Source: a virus | Length of the DNA stretch: 64,000 nucleotides | Virus record (IMG/VR): IMGVR_UViG_3300045988_105285 | Span: 32,001 to 96,000 of that record | Direction: 5' to 3' (one strand) | In this document: positions 9,101-16,483 of the stretch, piece after piece | Position numbering within the stretch: the first letter of the stretch is position 1 | Layout: every line of letters begins with the position of its first letter | The notes under the pieces: model-generated | What the model was told of the DNA's origin: nothing | What the model saw: only the letters and a program-made list of their open reading frames with translations | Database searches by the model: none | Program-made: the position numbers and the translations under genes

Positions 9101-12100
9101 ATCCTTGAAGCTCTTCTTTGCATATTGATTTTTCAAAGCTTGTTCCTCTTGCGCATAAGTCAACTTAGATGTGGCTTTTCTCGCACGTTCTGCGGCATTG
9201 ACGCTATTATTTATAGAATCAACAGTACCATCCAACTCAACTTTGTTGCTAACAAGCCCATCAGTAAAGTCATTTATATCAGGAATCATCTGAGCCACCT
9301 CAGAACGGCTATGGTGCATATTTTCGAGATAAGTTCCTATTTTTACATTCAACTCCCCTTGTAATTGAGAATATTGAGCATTCAATGCGTTGTACACCTT
9401 TAAATCTCCACCACAAGCATTCATCTCCTTTCGCAGTTCAGCTAACTTGTCTATGTCATCCTGACTTATGAGACTTCGAATAGTTCCCATTTCTACATCT
9501 GACAACTTGTCGTCAATAGAATCTTTGAATGAACCGAAAGAGGAATCATTTGAAGAATTATAATTATCATAAGCCTCTTGTAATTGATTTGCACGCTCCA
9601 TTTCAAGAGAACGCTTTTCAATAATACCGATAAGTTCTTCTTCATGCGCCTTTAACTCTTTAGCTTGCTCACTCATGCTTTGAGACTTCATTTTAGTCTC
9701 ATCCAATTTTATTCCATATTCTTCATAAGCAGACTTCAATTCATTTATTGTGTCCTTATGGTCTTCTGCATTGCCGTTTTTAAGAACCGCGAACAAGGAA
9801 CGAACCTTATTGCTAGCCTCAGCAGCCTTATTACCCATGTCTTGAGTCTTCTTAGCAACATCTTCCTCACTACTTCCAAACATCGCAAAAACAGACATAG
9901 CGGTTGTTACCAAAGTAAGAATAGTAGTTAGAGGATTTGAAAGCATTGCAGCCCACAACTCCTTCATGCTTACCGTCACGGCATTAGTCGCCCATGTTAA
10001 CACATTTTGAGCTAAGGCTAACCCCTTTGTGCCAACAGATAATATAGATGTAACAAGGGAATTTCGTTCCTTTGCTCCTGTATTCACGTTCTCGGATGCA
10101 GTATTTACATTGGTAGCCGCAGTATTAGCCGTTTTTGAAGTCGAGTTTGCCGAATTAGCAATAGTTTCCGAAGAAGTAGCATTTGCATTAGCACTTTTAG
10201 CGGTTGCATTGCTAGCTTCTGAAGTCGTATTGGCTTGTGTAGCAGTAGTTGCCGCCTCTGTTATACTAATCTTACCATTCTCTATATCAATTCCTTGCTG
10301 AACAATATCCCCAATTTCATCTGCCGCAGCTCCGGTCTCTTTATAGACCTCAGTTTCATACTCTTCAGCTTCTGCTAACTTTTCAGTCGTAGTTTGAAGC
10401 TCCTGTTGGATAGCCTTACGCTTTGCGTTAGAACTTTCGTATTCCTCATCCGCTTGCTGACGCTTTTGTATCAGCTCTTCCAATTTCGCTTGTTCAGCCT
10501 CGTATTGAACTATTGAACTATTTTCGTTATCCGAAAAAGAATCCTCATAGCCACCAAATGAAGTCGTATCAACCGCCCCATTATCATAGACCAATTCCTT
10601 TTCTTTCTGCTCTATGATTTGCTGCTGCTTTTTTATTTCCTCATCAAGCTGAGCAAGGACTACTCTCTTTTCACGAGCCTCATCCATCGCTTTGTCGTAA
10701 CTCTCTTGCTGCAAATCTACTTTCTTCTGTAAGGCGTTAGTTTCCAAAAGAGCCTTACCATAAGCGGTTTCATTTGCCTTGGCTATTTTTTGTTTAAGGT
10801 CAGCCTCAGCCTTTGCTTGTTCCGCAGCCTTATTTGCAGCAGCAATGTCGGCTTCTTGCGATCTTTTTGCACGCAACTCTTCTTCTGCGGCTTCCTTGGC
10901 ATTTACCGCATTTTGCCATTGGAGTTGTTCTTTCTCCGCAAGTCTTGTCTGCTCAACCAAGAGGTCACGCTTCAACTGGAGTTGTTTAGCCATTTCTTCA
11001 CTAATCAACCCCTCAGATTTCGCTAATTCTATCTGCTTAGATATGCGTTTCTCCGTTTCATCATCACCGATATTTTCGGTATCGGACAAAGCATTCCCCA
11101 ACTCATTATAACGGCTTGCCTTATAATCTTTTGTATCTTTTCCGTTAAGATGTCGGTAATCATTTTCCATTTCCTTGAACTGAGCCATTTTCTCATCAAG
11201 TCCCTTGGAAAGTTCCAAAGCCTCCATCTGTTCCTTAGCAGCAGATTGTTGCTGAGTGACAAGCATATCACGTTTAAGTTGCAATTGCTCTGCCATTTGT
11301 TGGGTAATGATGCCATCGGTCTGAGCCTCCTTAATTTTAAGAGATACAAGTTCCTCAGCCTTATCCGTACCCAACATATCGGTATTAGCTACCGCCTTAT
11401 TCAAATCCGAAAGTCTTTGGCTCTTATATTCTGAAGTATCTTTTCCGGTATAGGAATGGTATAATTCGGCTTCATCTTTGTACGCTTTTATTTTTTCGTC
11501 AAGATTACTTGCAATACCATCAAGTGTAGCTTGGTTCTGAGCTTTTTGAATGGATGCTGCCGCCATCAATCCAGCTTTGTAAGTTCCAACCATAACAGCT
11601 GCACTTCCTATCGTTTTAACCAAAGTCTGCCAATTATCAACCAAAGACGAAATCAAATCTAAGCCTGTGCCAAATATTCCTTGTGACTTCTTGCCAAGTT
11701 CGTTAAACATCTGGTCAACGCTATCGCCTATGTTAGACCATTTGCCTTGCAAGGTTGTGGATTGTTTTTCCATCAGTCCGCCAAACTTGCCGCCCTCTTC
11801 GGTCATGTTGATGATAGCTTTCTTCACCAAATCAGCCCCAACCTTTCCATCGGTAACCGCTTGCTGAACCTCTTGGGTTGTCTTGCCCATGATTTTGCCA
11901 AGCTCCTCAGCCATCGGGATGCCCCTGCCCATAAACTGACGCAAGTCCATCGTGTACATGCGGCCTTGGCTCATTGTCGTACCATACAAATACACCAAAT
12001 CGTTCAACGGAACGTTCAGACCTGCCGAAATATCTCCAAGATGAACAAGAATATCATTAACCTCATTTGCAGCCGTACCATAAGCCAACAACTGCTTTGC

Positions 12101-12943
12101 CCCATTCGTTATCGAACTCATGTCGAAAGGAGTCTTCGCAGCCGTTTGAACAAGTTGATTCATTAACGCTCCCGCTCTCTGCTCACTGCCCAACATCGTT
12201 GTAAAAGAAATTTCCAGTTGTTGGAATTGTGAGCGGACATTAAAGATGTGTTCTGCCAATTGTTCAAACCCCAGGCCACCTACGAGGCTCATTGCTAATT
12301 GCTTTGCATCACCACCGAGACGATTAAATAAAGATGTTGCACCCTCACCGACAGTAGGAATTTTCTTCATTTCCTCAATCATTCCGGCAAAGGCATCAGT
12401 CATCACCTTCACGTTATCAGTAGTTGCATTCGAAGAACCTGAATAGCGGACATACTCTGCTTGCATGTTTTGCAATTCGATTCTTGCCTGCTTACCTAAT
12501 CCGGTTAGATTCTCATAACGCCTTTTCTCATCATTGAGTATAGTGGAATTTTCGCTTATATCACGATTAAGGATTGTTGAAGTGCCAATATCTAAGCCTC
12601 CTTTACGAAGTTTAGACTGCATCTTTGCAATCTCAGAAGAAAGTCTTTCAATCTTTCGCTTAGATGCGTCTGCTTGCAGCTCGAAAGAATAAACCTCTCT
12701 TGTAAGATTCTGCATTTTCTTGGCATAATCACTACTCATCACCAAAGCGTAGCGAGACATTGCGGAACTAAGCTCTGTCACCTTTTGCTTTTGCTCTGCA
12801 TATTTGTCCGTAAGGTCTTGAACCACCGCCTTATCTGTCGCCTTTGTTGTTTTCAACAACTCACCACGCAATCTTTCAAGTTCTTGCTTGGCTAGCCTTA
12901 TTTGGTCGAAATTCGCTTTGATATTAAATTCTAACTGTGCCAT
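6116..12943 (-). CDS. tail tape measure protein (TP901-family core), 2275 aa
   Basis: Core region FTTMLGSEQRAGALMNQLVQTAAKTPFDMSSITNGAKQLLAYG, long coiled-coil stretches and hydrophobic segments, all typical of tape measure proteins. Confidence 0.9.
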   Translation of the reverse strand: MAQLEFNIKANFDQIRLAKQELERLRGELLKTTKATDKAVVQDLTDKYAEQKQKVTELSSAMSRYALVMSSDYAKKMQNLTREVYSFELQADASKRKIERLSSEIAKMQSKLRKGGLDIGTSTILNRDISENSTILNDEKRRYENLTGLGKQARIELQNMQAEYVRYSGSSNATTDNVKVMTDAFAGMIEEMKKIPTVGEGATSLFNRLGGDAKQLAMSLVGGLGFEQLAEHIFNVRSQFQQLEISFTTMLGSEQRAGALMNQLVQTAAKTPFDMSSITNGAKQLLAYGTAANEVNDILVHLGDISAGLNVPLNDLVYLYGTTMSQGRMYTMDLRQFMGRGIPMAEELGKIMGKTTQEVQQAVTDGKVGADLVKKAIINMTEEGGKFGGLMEKQSTTLQGKWSNIGDSVDQMFNELGKKSQGIFGTGLDLISSLVDNWQTLVKTIGSAAVMVGTYKAGLMAAASIQKAQNQATLDGIASNLDEKIKAYKDEAELYHSYTGKDTSEYKSQRLSDLNKAVANTDMLGTDKAEELVSLKIKEAQTDGIITQQMAEQLQLKRDMLVTQQQSAAKEQMEALELSKGLDEKMAQFKEMENDYRHLNGKDTKDYKASRYNELGNALSDTENIGDDETEKRISKQIELAKSEGLISEEMAKQLQLKRDLLVEQTRLAEKEQLQWQNAVNAKEAAEEELRAKRSQEADIAAANKAAEQAKAEADLKQKIAKANETAYGKALLETNALQKKVDLQQESYDKAMDEAREKRVVLAQLDEEIKKQQQIIEQKEKELVYDNGAVDTTSFGGYEDSFSDNENSSIVQYEAEQAKLEELIQKRQQADEEYESSNAKRKAIQQELQTTTEKLAEAEEYETEVYKETGAAADEIGDIVQQGIDIENGKISITEAATTATQANTTSEASNATAKSANANATSSETIANSANSTSKTANTAATNVNTASENVNTGAKERNSLVTSILSVGTKGLALAQNVLTWATNAVTVSMKELWAAMLSNPLTTILTLVTTAMSVFAMFGSSEEDVAKKTQDMGNKAAEASNKVRSLFAVLKNGNAEDHKDTINELKSAYEEYGIKLDETKMKSQSMSEQAKELKAHEEELIGIIEKRSLEMERANQLQEAYDNYNSSNDSSFGSFKDSIDDKLSDVEMGTIRSLISQDDIDKLAELRKEMNACGGDLKVYNALNAQYSQLQGELNVKIGTYLENMHHSRSEVAQMIPDINDFTDGLVSNKVELDGTVDSINNSVNAAERARKATSKLTYAQEEQALKNQYAKKSFKDLNSEIQETIKLCSRKLHLDIKVNYDDSELPAWIKNMSQSQLKASMAARQHFLDTHKKGDFLNIGGQWKTYEQVANELAMMQARGNNIESKPKKSQKEIDKEKKAREKSAREAEKARNDAETRAGNKRKAEEDYSKSISSYSEKASDELSKRRTELIKNETEKEIAQINMASDKEKKAIEDSIDKLVEAKKKKDQIVWVNSGKGRKASMWKQGKSDAEYRKEVLGTQMVDDKGNHLGKTIGQDSEDQIALIEKQRQLKLKEIQQAEIKDMLDFMKQYGSLEQQRYAILKEYADKIDLAREKGDTFGAASAEMEMSDQLKKLNFSDFKDSINWDVVFQDMNRLSIPYLEDLRKKMKELLGSGTLEIDDMKTVSDQIYKIDDAISEQKDRWGLVNDAVREHRRLIDEAKDAQDRLAQARKGEFDAKADNMSQRRKIQGVFAESGVNIDTSNITSANKDKLMGSTKNLSVSQTEKLRKLFDDLAVSEVKVGKATKEVGKAQEEAKVKQDAAKKSLHDTIEEWAEGLRKIQEKLKDLPGLVDALGLGNTGFGKAVNNGMDALNSGTQAFSDFASGNYIGAAMNGIKTIGSLGKMFGIGGGNGAEVAKKTEELTESNDRLMYSIDKLKDSIDKSSGYTAVSNYNAAYDAQKQVNTQTMDILKTQMGYHGAHHSNAYYWNLSAQDYAAINKTLAQQSAVRGGYTNSSINKVNSLEDIYKLTPEQMADIRTHNADVWKNMTDQGKYDKTEYWEQYTELAGKLEELTEQINENLTQTTFDSMKSDFINNLMDMSKSAKDFSNDFTTMLNQSMLNFALGDLMNKKLKPLYESWANKMKENGGRQLTPTELNNLKEEYDKIVQEGLAIRDNIADITGYKQSYEQSASSGSFESMSQDTGEELNGRFTAVQIATEGTYEEAKLINTKLDAIAARDGGTEGSLLTASVNTIMGNVGNIWLAVDEGRTILAQSLMYLQSIDERQERWHKPMLQAFNDIHELKDKMSRL
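10928..11503 (-). repeat. tandem internal duplication inside the tape measure gene (two units of about 92 aa)
   Basis: aa 481-572 aligns with aa 581-672 (GKDT..YK..R...L..A...T...G.D..E....K.......G.I...MA.QLQLKRD.LV.Q). Confidence 0.7.
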
Positions 12944-13031
12944 CCTTATACGTTTTTCTTGGCAAAATTAGCTAATAATCAAAGGAATAGCGAAAGAATT
13001 AATGTGTGCTATTTCACAAAAAATTTAAGTG

Positions 13032-13039
13032 CAAAAATA
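13032..13039 (-). promoter_or_regulatory. -7 box (TATTTTTG) upstream of the tape measure gene
   Basis: Plus strand reads caaaaata. It lies inside an 18-nt block identical to 62645..62662. Confidence 0.45.
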
Positions 13040-13052
13040 AAGGTCTATATAC

Positions 13053-13086
13053 AAAAAAAGCCTTCCACATTCACATGCAGAAGGCT
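13053..13086 (-). terminator. intrinsic terminator after hicB
   Basis: Minus RNA AGCCTTC-loop-GAAGGCT followed by TTTTTTT. Confidence 0.7.
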
Positions 13087-13124
13087 CGGTTGTTTACTTA
13101 TTTTTCTTCTATATATAAAGACCG

Positions 13125-13529
13125 TCAAATCACGACAGCCTGTAATTCTTTTGAAATTCCATGTAAGCAATCAAGAATTTGCTGCTTACGTTTTTTGCTA
13201 GGCTCATGGATTCCCATTGCATACTGACGCATCAGAGAAGCATTAATGCCAGCTTTCTTTGCGACACCATTTATATTCAGATATGAAAAATAATCGAAGA
13301 AAGAACCTATATCATACCGGAACTCAAACACCAATTCAGGCATTTGTTTTCCCTCTTCTTCAAGAAGCTCTTTAATCTCTTCCTTTGCTACAAAAATATC
13401 ATCCATCGCTTGTTTTGCAGAGTTGCCAAATCCGACTAGATGGAAGTCTGGAAATTTATCCACCATATAGCAAGAAAAATTCTTTTCTTCTTTACACTTT
13501 TCTACTTGTATAATTACCTTTGTTGCCAT
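13125..13529 (-). CDS. hicB: HicB-family antitoxin
   Basis: N-terminal HicB/UPF0150-like fold pattern. C-terminal HTH (NINGVAKKAGINASLMRQYAMGIHEPS). It sits immediately downstream of hicA. Confidence 0.75.
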   Translation of the reverse strand: MATKVIIQVEKCKEEKNFSCYMVDKFPDFHLVGFGNSAKQAMDDIFVAKEEIKELLEEEGKQMPELVFEFRYDIGSFFDYFSYLNINGVAKKAGINASLMRQYAMGIHEPSKKRKQQILDCLHGISKELQAVVI

Positions 13530-13606
13530 AATCCCGATTCTAAACTTTAAAAAGAGGTCTTAAACCCATATCAACGTCTTGCTATATAAGCGAAAAATTG
13601 CTGGGC

Positions 13607-13795
13607 TTAAAGCCCAAGCAATCTTTCAAGAATACTGTCGTAAGTCTTTCGAGAAACTTCACGACTGCCGTGCCGTGGCACTGGACATTTAAGTTTTGTT
13701 GTTGGACTAAACCAAATGTCGTGATTACCACCATGCCGAACCACATAGCAACCTGCTTGGGTCAGCTTTCTCACTAATTGACTAGTCTTCATCAT
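13607..13795 (-). CDS. hicA: HicA-family mRNA interferase toxin
   Basis: 62 aa with LVRKLTQAGCYVVRHGGNHDIW...CPVPRHGSREVSRKTYDSIL, matching the HicA pattern (G.H...... VP.H...E....T...IL). Confidence 0.8.
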   Translation of the reverse strand: MMKTSQLVRKLTQAGCYVVRHGGNHDIWFSPTTKLKCPVPRHGSREVSRKTYDSILERLLGL

Positions 13796-13849
13796 ATATA
13801 GAAGAAATTAATAAATAAGTAAAAGACCTCTTTTGTCCTAAAGACAATG

Positions 13850-13857
13850 CAAAGATA
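13850..13857 (-). promoter_or_regulatory. -7 box (TATCTTTG) of the hicAB promoter
   Basis: Plus strand reads caaagata. Confidence 0.55.
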
Positions 13858-13904
13858 TAACTTTTTTGTTATATATGCAAATAAAAGGATAACTTTTTTG
13901 TTAT
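13857..13904. promoter_or_regulatory. two palindromic operators ATAAC-N6-GTTAT bracketing the hicAB promoter
   Basis: ataacttttttgttat occurs at 13857..13872 and 13889..13904, with 32-bp spacing. Confidence 0.6.
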
Positions 13905-13920
13905 ATTAACCACAATTAAC

Positions 13921-13949
13921 AAAAAAAGAGCCACCCTAAAGGATGGCTC
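13921..13949 (-). terminator. intrinsic terminator after ORF 14043..14513
   Basis: Minus RNA GAGCCATCC-TTTA-GGGTGGCTC followed by TTTTTTT. Confidence 0.7.
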
Positions 13950-13951
13950 AC

Positions 13952-14042
13952 TTTACTTTACTATACTAAACAGTTCTATACTGGGCTTCGCTGCACAACA
14001 CTATACTGCGCTGTACTGGACAACACTTAACTAAACTGCCCT
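13952..14042 (-). repeat. degenerate short repeats with an AGTATAG / AGTGTTGT core
   Basis: Minus strand has CAGTACAG, CAGTATAG (x2), TAGTATAG and AGTGTTGT(C/G)CAG (x2). Confidence 0.5.
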
Positions 14043-14513
14043 TTATTTAAAATTAGCAAATACATCACGAACCTTTGCAAGTTTCACCAATGTATCGTAA
14101 TACTTAGATTGCTCTTCCATAGGCAAAGGTCGAACATTATTTATGATGTCAGAACCTTGTTTCAACGCCTTCTTAATATCACCCATCATTTGTTCATAGC
14201 CATAATTGGCTTGCTTGTTACTAGGAACTATTTTATAGCCTTTACCCCAATCATTACGAAGACAACATTGCTTATTTTTCAACAAGTCCTCACGCAATTT
14301 ATCAACCATTTCCATATATGTGAATTGCTGTAATTGGATAGCTTCTATATAAGCATCAACATTCTTATCGTAGTTCTCAAAAGACAACTTAGGCAACCCA
14401 AACTTCTCTTTGAGCCACTTATGAGAAATAAGTTGGTCTTCGTCAAAGTTAGCAATCAACTCTTCCTCAAACTTACCCAAAACTTCTCTTGTTAGTTCTT
14501 TTACACTTTCCAT
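14043..14513 (-). CDS. hypothetical protein (156 aa), flanked on both sides by repeat arrays
   Basis: The ORF track start at 14552 is a TTG. The better start is MESVKEL at 14513, preceded by AAAGGAG. Confidence 0.6.
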   Translation of the reverse strand: MESVKELTREVLGKFEEELIANFDEDQLISHKWLKEKFGLPKLSFENYDKNVDAYIEAIQLQQFTYMEMVDKLREDLLKNKQCCLRNDWGKGYKIVPSNKQANYGYEQMMGDIKKALKQGSDIINNVRPLPMEEQSKYYDTLVKLAKVRDVFANFK

Positions 14514-14541
14514 TTTTATTCTCCTTTTATTAAACTTTTTG

Positions 14542-14584
14542 TTCTCTGCCAAGGAATCGAACCTTGATGAATACCATACAGAGA
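14542..14584 (-). ncRNA. tRNA-like minihelix 1 (acceptor stem + T-arm only, 43 nt)
   Basis: TCTCTGT-AT-GGTATTCAT-CAAGG-TTCGATT-CCTTG-GCAGAGA-A. The acceptor stem is 7 bp and the T-loop is canonical. There is no D arm or anticodon arm. Confidence 0.5.
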
Positions 14585-14687
14585 TACCCTTTACTACACT
14601 AAGCTATACCAGTCTGCACTTAACTATACTAGACTTCACTTTGCCCTACAGAACTTCACTTTGCAACACCGTACTTTAAATATCTAG
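14585..14687 (-). repeat. array of roughly 20-nt degenerate tandem repeats between the two minihelices
   Basis: Minus-strand units: AGTGAAGTTCTGTAGGGCAA / AGTGAAGTCTAGTATAGTTA / AGTGCAGACTGGTATAGCTT / AGTGTAGTAAAGGGTA. Confidence 0.55.
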
Positions 14688-14730
14688 CTCCCCACAGAAG
14701 AATCGAACTTCCGCTAGCACCATGTGGGGA
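14688..14730 (-). ncRNA. tRNA-like minihelix 2 (acceptor stem + T-arm only, 43 nt)
   Basis: TCCCCAC-AT-GGTGCTAGC-GGAAG-TTCGATT-CTTCT-GTGGGGA-G. Same architecture and linker length as minihelix 1. Confidence 0.5.
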
Positions 14731-14739
14731 AAACCAATA

Positions 14740-15312
14740 TTATTTTATCACTTTCGCCTCAAACTTACCATACATTGCTCGGTATGTGCCTAAATGGTAT
14801 CTAAGACCAGCAACCTCGAACAACTTAACAATTTGGTCTCGGTCTAATTGACTTTCATCATACCAACAAGTGCATTCTGTACTCCACTCTGGGAATATCG
14901 CACGAGTAGCAAGAACCTTTGCGCCTCGAATACCAACGACACGACAATCTACATAAATACCAAGCTCATAAAGTTGCTCAGGAGTTTTGTCCGCATCCTT
15001 GAACTTCAACAAGCCATCATCCATAACACCAAAAGAACGCTCAACCTTTGCACCGAGTCGAATCTCTTTGGCAGCACATTTAACGGCTTGCATGATGTGC
15101 GAACTAGGAATGTAGTATTCACCCTTTGTGTTCAGATACAAGGATGCCAAGAACCTCAATCTACATATCTCCAATTGGTCTTCTTCCGTCTTTCGTCTCT
15201 TGCTAGTCAAAGAGGAAATCGCTTTTGCGTAATCATCAAAAGGAGAAACTGTTCTCGGATTATTCAACATCAATGGACTAACACCAACCAACTTAAAACT
15301 AATTGTCTTCAT
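14740..15312 (-). CDS. hypothetical protein (190 aa)
   Basis: Clean ORF with an ATG start (MKTISFKLVGVSPLMLNNPR...). I could not assign a family. Confidence 0.65.
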   Translation of the reverse strand: MKTISFKLVGVSPLMLNNPRTVSPFDDYAKAISSLTSKRRKTEEDQLEICRLRFLASLYLNTKGEYYIPSSHIMQAVKCAAKEIRLGAKVERSFGVMDDGLLKFKDADKTPEQLYELGIYVDCRVVGIRGAKVLATRAIFPEWSTECTCWYDESQLDRDQIVKLFEVAGLRYHLGTYRAMYGKFEAKVIK

Positions 15313-15342
15313 ACTTTTCTTTACTTTTAAAATTAGACACGG

Positions 15343-15368
15343 CAGTTTTACAGGTATGCCTCTTACCT
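15343..15368 (-). promoter_or_regulatory. conserved leader motif copy 8 (compensated stem)
   Basis: Minus-strand RNA reads AGGTA-AGAGGCA-TACCT-GTAAAACTG. Confidence 0.45.
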
Positions 15369-15371
15369 TTG

Positions 15372-15423
15372 GGACAAAACAAAAGCCCCGCCCGCTTATT
15401 GTCGTGAGTAGCGAACGAGGCTA
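15372..15423 (-). terminator. leader terminator/attenuator (paralogous to 3322..3370)
   Basis: Minus RNA AGCC..CGCT-ACTCACGACAATA-AGCG..GGCT followed by TTTGTTTTG. The inner stem covaries with the copy at 3322..3370. Confidence 0.5.
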
Positions 15424-15516
15424 AAAGTATAGAAAAGTCCGAAGACTTCTAAATTTCTTCTTATCCCAGTAACCATGCTCACGACTTCACGGCTAAACCA
15501 TTTCTGATTTCGTTTG

Positions 15517-15524
15517 CAAAGGTA
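15517..15524 (-). promoter_or_regulatory. -7 box (TACCTTTG)
   Basis: Plus strand reads caaaggta. Its upstream block resembles promoter modules A-C. Confidence 0.5.
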
Positions 15525-15651
15525 AGCATAATTTCCGAAACACGCAAATTATTTAGTGTATTTCTTTATTCTTTTAAACTTTATTTTCTTTTAGAAACCT
15601 ATTTTAAAGATTACACATTATTATAATTAATAACAAAGTTTAGTTTCCTCG

Positions 15652-16368
15652 CTAATCTGATAATTTATTAAGATTATCCTTTAAGTCTATGAAAACGTAA
15701 TCCTTTGCCGTTATTTTTATAACTTTTGTTTTTGCTTTTGGGTAGTCCAACAACCCCTCTCCCCAAACATCACATAATGTCAACTTTACACGTTCGCTTC
15801 CATGCAACTCTTCAATCAAGACAGTCTTTGATATTTCATCATCAAGCTCATAGAGCTTGCTAAACAAGGAAGATACGTTTTCAGAATACTCTAAAAGCGT
15901 TCCGGTTGGTCTCTTTGTTAAAGATTTGATTTTTTCAATTATCTCTAATTCTTTTTCAAATTTTTCTACTAATTGCTTGTCTGACTCTTCGTTTTTTGCC
16001 AATAAAGACAAATCACTTGCCATTTTGTTTACGCAGCTATCCACTCTTTGAAAAGACCCAACCTTATCATAAAAAGACCATCTCCAAGACATTGCCTTAG
16101 AAAAATCATCGCAACTTACGATTTTATTACTCATGTTTATTGCCACTTCGTTTTCTATTGAGCTATTCCAATTCGTAATATAATCAGCTGTTATAAATTT
16201 TAGTCCATATATAAGGCGAATCGAAGACATACGTATATCTTTAGCCTTAGACTTGCAAATAGCAGCATTCTCTTCCTTAACTTGGTTGGAATGGTACACG
16301 TAGCCACCAATTCCGCCACCTATCACAACGATAGCTACGATGATGGCAATTATCAATTTCTTCTTCAT
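15652..16368 (-). CDS. membrane-anchored protein (N-terminal TM helix), AT-rich moron candidate
   Basis: MKKKLIIAIIVAIVVIGGGIGGYVY is an N-terminal anchor. The local sequence is visibly more AT-rich than its neighbours. Confidence 0.6.
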   Translation of the reverse strand: MKKKLIIAIIVAIVVIGGGIGGYVYHSNQVKEENAAICKSKAKDIRMSSIRLIYGLKFITADYITNWNSSIENEVAINMSNKIVSCDDFSKAMSWRWSFYDKVGSFQRVDSCVNKMASDLSLLAKNEESDKQLVEKFEKELEIIEKIKSLTKRPTGTLLEYSENVSSLFSKLYELDDEISKTVLIEELHGSERVKLTLCDVWGEGLLDYPKAKTKVIKITAKDYVFIDLKDNLNKLSD

Positions 16369-16483
16369 AACTTCAATATTTTACAATATGTTTATATTAT
16401 TTTCTTATTTACCTCTTAGACCCACAAGCACTTTTATGCTAACATTCAAAGACTTGTATTTTTATTACAGAAGTATTGTTATT

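Noticed and set aside
6156-12895. Numerous plus-strand ORFs (60-212 aa) inside the tape measure gene, for example 7470..7979, 7697..8335 and 10779..11111.
   Set aside because: They are antisense to a 2275-aa ORF that has clear tape-measure motifs. They have low-complexity, Ser/Leu/Phe-rich translations typical of shadow ORFs, and no promoter boxes or start-codon context.
13952-14687. CRISPR array or other guide-RNA array (for example a tandem interspaced guide array) for the ~20-nt repeats.
   Set aside because: The units are degenerate, have no alternating conserved-repeat and unique-spacer structure, and the period is too short. The adjacent 156-aa ORF shows no Cas, Nop-domain or nuclease motifs that I can recognise.
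14542-14730. Full-length canonical tRNA genes at the two GGTTCGATTCC / AGTTCGATTCT sites.
   Set aside because: Extending 5' by the required roughly 50 nt gives no acceptor complementarity and no D or anticodon stem. Only the compact 43-nt acceptor + T-arm fold is supported, so these are reported as tRNA-like minihelices rather than tRNAs.
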